A stretch of DNA of 64,000 bases from positions 4,774,723 to 4,838,722 of the forward strand of contig OZ250179.1 of the NCBI GenBank assembly GCA_965238125.1. Reading direction: 5' to 3'. The notes below the pieces were generated by a model, which saw nothing but the letters and a program-made list of their open reading frames with translations, was not told where the DNA came from and ran no database searches. This document shows positions 62,160-64,000 of the stretch, one piece after another; within the stretch, counting starts at the first letter, position 1, and the number at the start of each line of letters is the position of its first letter. Source of the stretch: Bryobacterales bacterium. Lineage in GTDB: Bacteria > Acidobacteriota > Terriglobia > Bryobacterales > UBA6623. Position numbers and translations under genes: made by a program.

Positions 62160-62340
62160 AGTTCGTCGGCCGGAATGGCTTTGCCGTCGAGTTCGAGTTT
62201 CCCTTCGGGTGCCGAGGCGACGATATCGACCTTGCTCTCCTTGAGCGCCGCGCCGTCGACGGGGCGCATGATCTTGCCTTCGGCGAGAAGATCAGGCGCC
62301 GCCGCCGCAGTCGCCATGATGGCGAGTCCCAGAAGGAGGG
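62160..62340 (-). pseudogene. Possible N-terminal fragment of a secreted protein
   Basis: LLLGLAIMATAAAA..EGKIMRPVDGAAL..GKLELDGKAIP, then abrupt change to AT-rich sequence. Confidence 0.35.
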
Positions 62341-62716
62341 GCGCGCTGCGGGGGGTGATTCGCGGTCGGTGCGCAGGGGTTCGGGTTCGATTGGCCGGGG
62401 TGCGGCGGGGTGGGGAGCCCCGGGAGTTGGGATGGGCAGGTCTGGAGACCATCATGAACAAGGTCTTCCATCTGCACCCCTGAGGGGGTAGCGAGCGGGG
62501 GACCCCCGCTCGCCGGGCCCCATCCAGCAGCTCTTTGACCTGGAATGGTCTCCTGTTCGGCGAGGCACAACAGCTTCTTGCGTAGGGGAAACCCGAGGAG
62601 TGACGGGATCGATCATATCGAGTCCTCGCCTTCCCGATAGATCCTCCCTTGTCGGCAAGGGTTGATTCAGGCGGCTAATCAGGCACGTTCGAGCGTCTTC
62701 GTCGTTACCTGGTGGG

Positions 62717-62750
62717 AACAATCGATGTCATGAACTATGACATTTTTTCG
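62717..62750. repeat. Inverted partner of 55424-55458
   Basis: AACAATCGATGTCATGAACTATGACATTTTTTCG. Confidence 0.8.
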
Positions 62751-63069
62751 TCCTCAGGTGCCTGAGACGGCCCGGGTTGCCGTCAGACGGACCCCCTGTT
62801 GAGGGATTCCTCAACGCCCATTCTTGAGTGGGAAATCATTTCTCGACATCTATCTCTCCACGGTGTCCGGGGTTGCGGAACGCCACGGCGAGTTACACGA
62901 AGGCGACCTCAAGGGTGAACATCCGTTCGACGTGAACCGTGGCGGCCTTCTGCGCAACCCAGGGCATCGCCCAAGCCGCAGAATCTGCTGGTCGATCTCT
63001 ATGTCACCGATCATCTGCTCTACTGCCTGCTGCAATACGGCGCGTGTCCGAAGAGATTCAGGGCAACGG

Positions 63070-63397
63070 TCAAACCATTACTAGTTCAGATTCAGCCGGC
63101 ATTTCGTCCCACGTTCGGCCTTCGAGAGTGCGACCGGTCCTCTTTTTCTGGACGCGGCCCAATTGCTTAAAGAAGAATGCCACACCCGCTTTCAGGCACT
63201 GATCGCGGATGTCAGTCACCCACTCGGGCTCCATTGGGCGCGCTCCCGGTCCCGACTCGCCGCCGACGATGACCCAGTCAATGCCCCTCAGGTGCAGTTT
63301 CCCAACTGGACCGATCAAGGGCTCAATGGACAAGAACTTCACATTGGCAGCAGGCTTTCGGAGGTGGGCGATTCGGTAGGCGTACTTCTGGTTTTCA
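63070..63397 (-). pseudogene. DUF5131 (phage Gp37/Gp68-like) gene, 3' part, interrupted by IS1380
   Basis: [54 protein letters not shown]. Confidence 0.88.
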
Positions 63398-64000
63398 CCC
63401 GGATTTCCACTTTAGTTTCGGTTCTGCTAACCATCGGGTGGACTCGGACGCCTTTATTTATGCGGGCTTGAAAGCACTCAAGGCGCTGAGGAGATCAACA
63501 CCCAATGGGTGAAAAAGAAAACAAACCGTTTCAGCTCACCTTCAATGGATTTCTCAAGGTCGATTTCCAAGGATCGCGAGTCACCTCGGATGGCGGGCTG
63601 ATTCTCATTCGCGAACTGGACGAACGACTCGGACTAGGCAAGCTGATAGACGAGCATCTGACGGATTCGCGGCAAGGCTCGAACAAGAAGTTCCCGTTCG
63701 TCGATCTGCTGCGACAGTCGGTCTACTCCCGCTTGGCGGGCTACGAGGATCTCAACGACGCCGTTCGTGTCTCCGCCGATCCAACCTTTCGGCTGATTGG
63801 CTCGAAGAAGAACTGGGATCGCGGCGCGGCGCTGACCTCCCGGCTGCAGAGCTTCGAGACCGCCATGCTCGCCGGCGACGAGAATCTGATCGGGCTGATG
63901 GCGGTGAACCGCGAGTTGATCGCGCAAGCCGAGGCCGGTGATGACTCCGCGTGCGTCGTGCTGGACATGGACTCTACCGAGAGCCCCGTCCACGGCCGGC
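63398..64000 (+). mobile_element. IS1380-family element, second copy, cut by the window edge; transposase from 63505
   Basis: Reads the same as 27496 onward over the visible 603 bp. Confidence 0.93.

Noticed and set aside
12-64000. Numerous long antisense or alternate-frame ORFs (e.g. 12-719, 6432-7403, 19884-22478, 48797-50032, 56229-57359 and those inside the IS copies)
   Set aside because: They are shadows of real genes in high-GC DNA: Arg/Ala/Pro-rich and without domains.

Overview
High-GC bacterial DNA; the gene families (TIGR03437-like, DUF1549, DUF1501, PVC-type haem protein, kinase-PD40, CadC-like fusion) suggest Acidobacteriota, Bryobacterales/Solibacter-like (inference). The core is intact: ileS, murA, murQ, tRNA-Leu(GAG), a GH38 glycosidase and redox proteins. 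Around it are many mobile elements and broken accessory genes: six near-identical 1093-bp IS630 copies, IS1380 copies and remnants, an IS1595 remnant, MITE/REP-like repeats, and over 15 frameshifted, nonsense, IS-split or truncated genes. Two items stand out. (1) An unannotated 36-aa leader peptide with Ile-Ile-Ile and mutually exclusive antiterminator/terminator hairpins precedes an atypical type-2 ileS, i.e. a ribosome-mediated attenuator. (2) A complete 3163-bp IS1-family transporter element (26-bp TIRs, 8-bp target duplication) carries a small basic protein, an unknown protein coupled to an XRE-ImmA/IrrE metallopeptidase, and one palindromic operator at two of its promoters. All calls are by eye; no searches were run.
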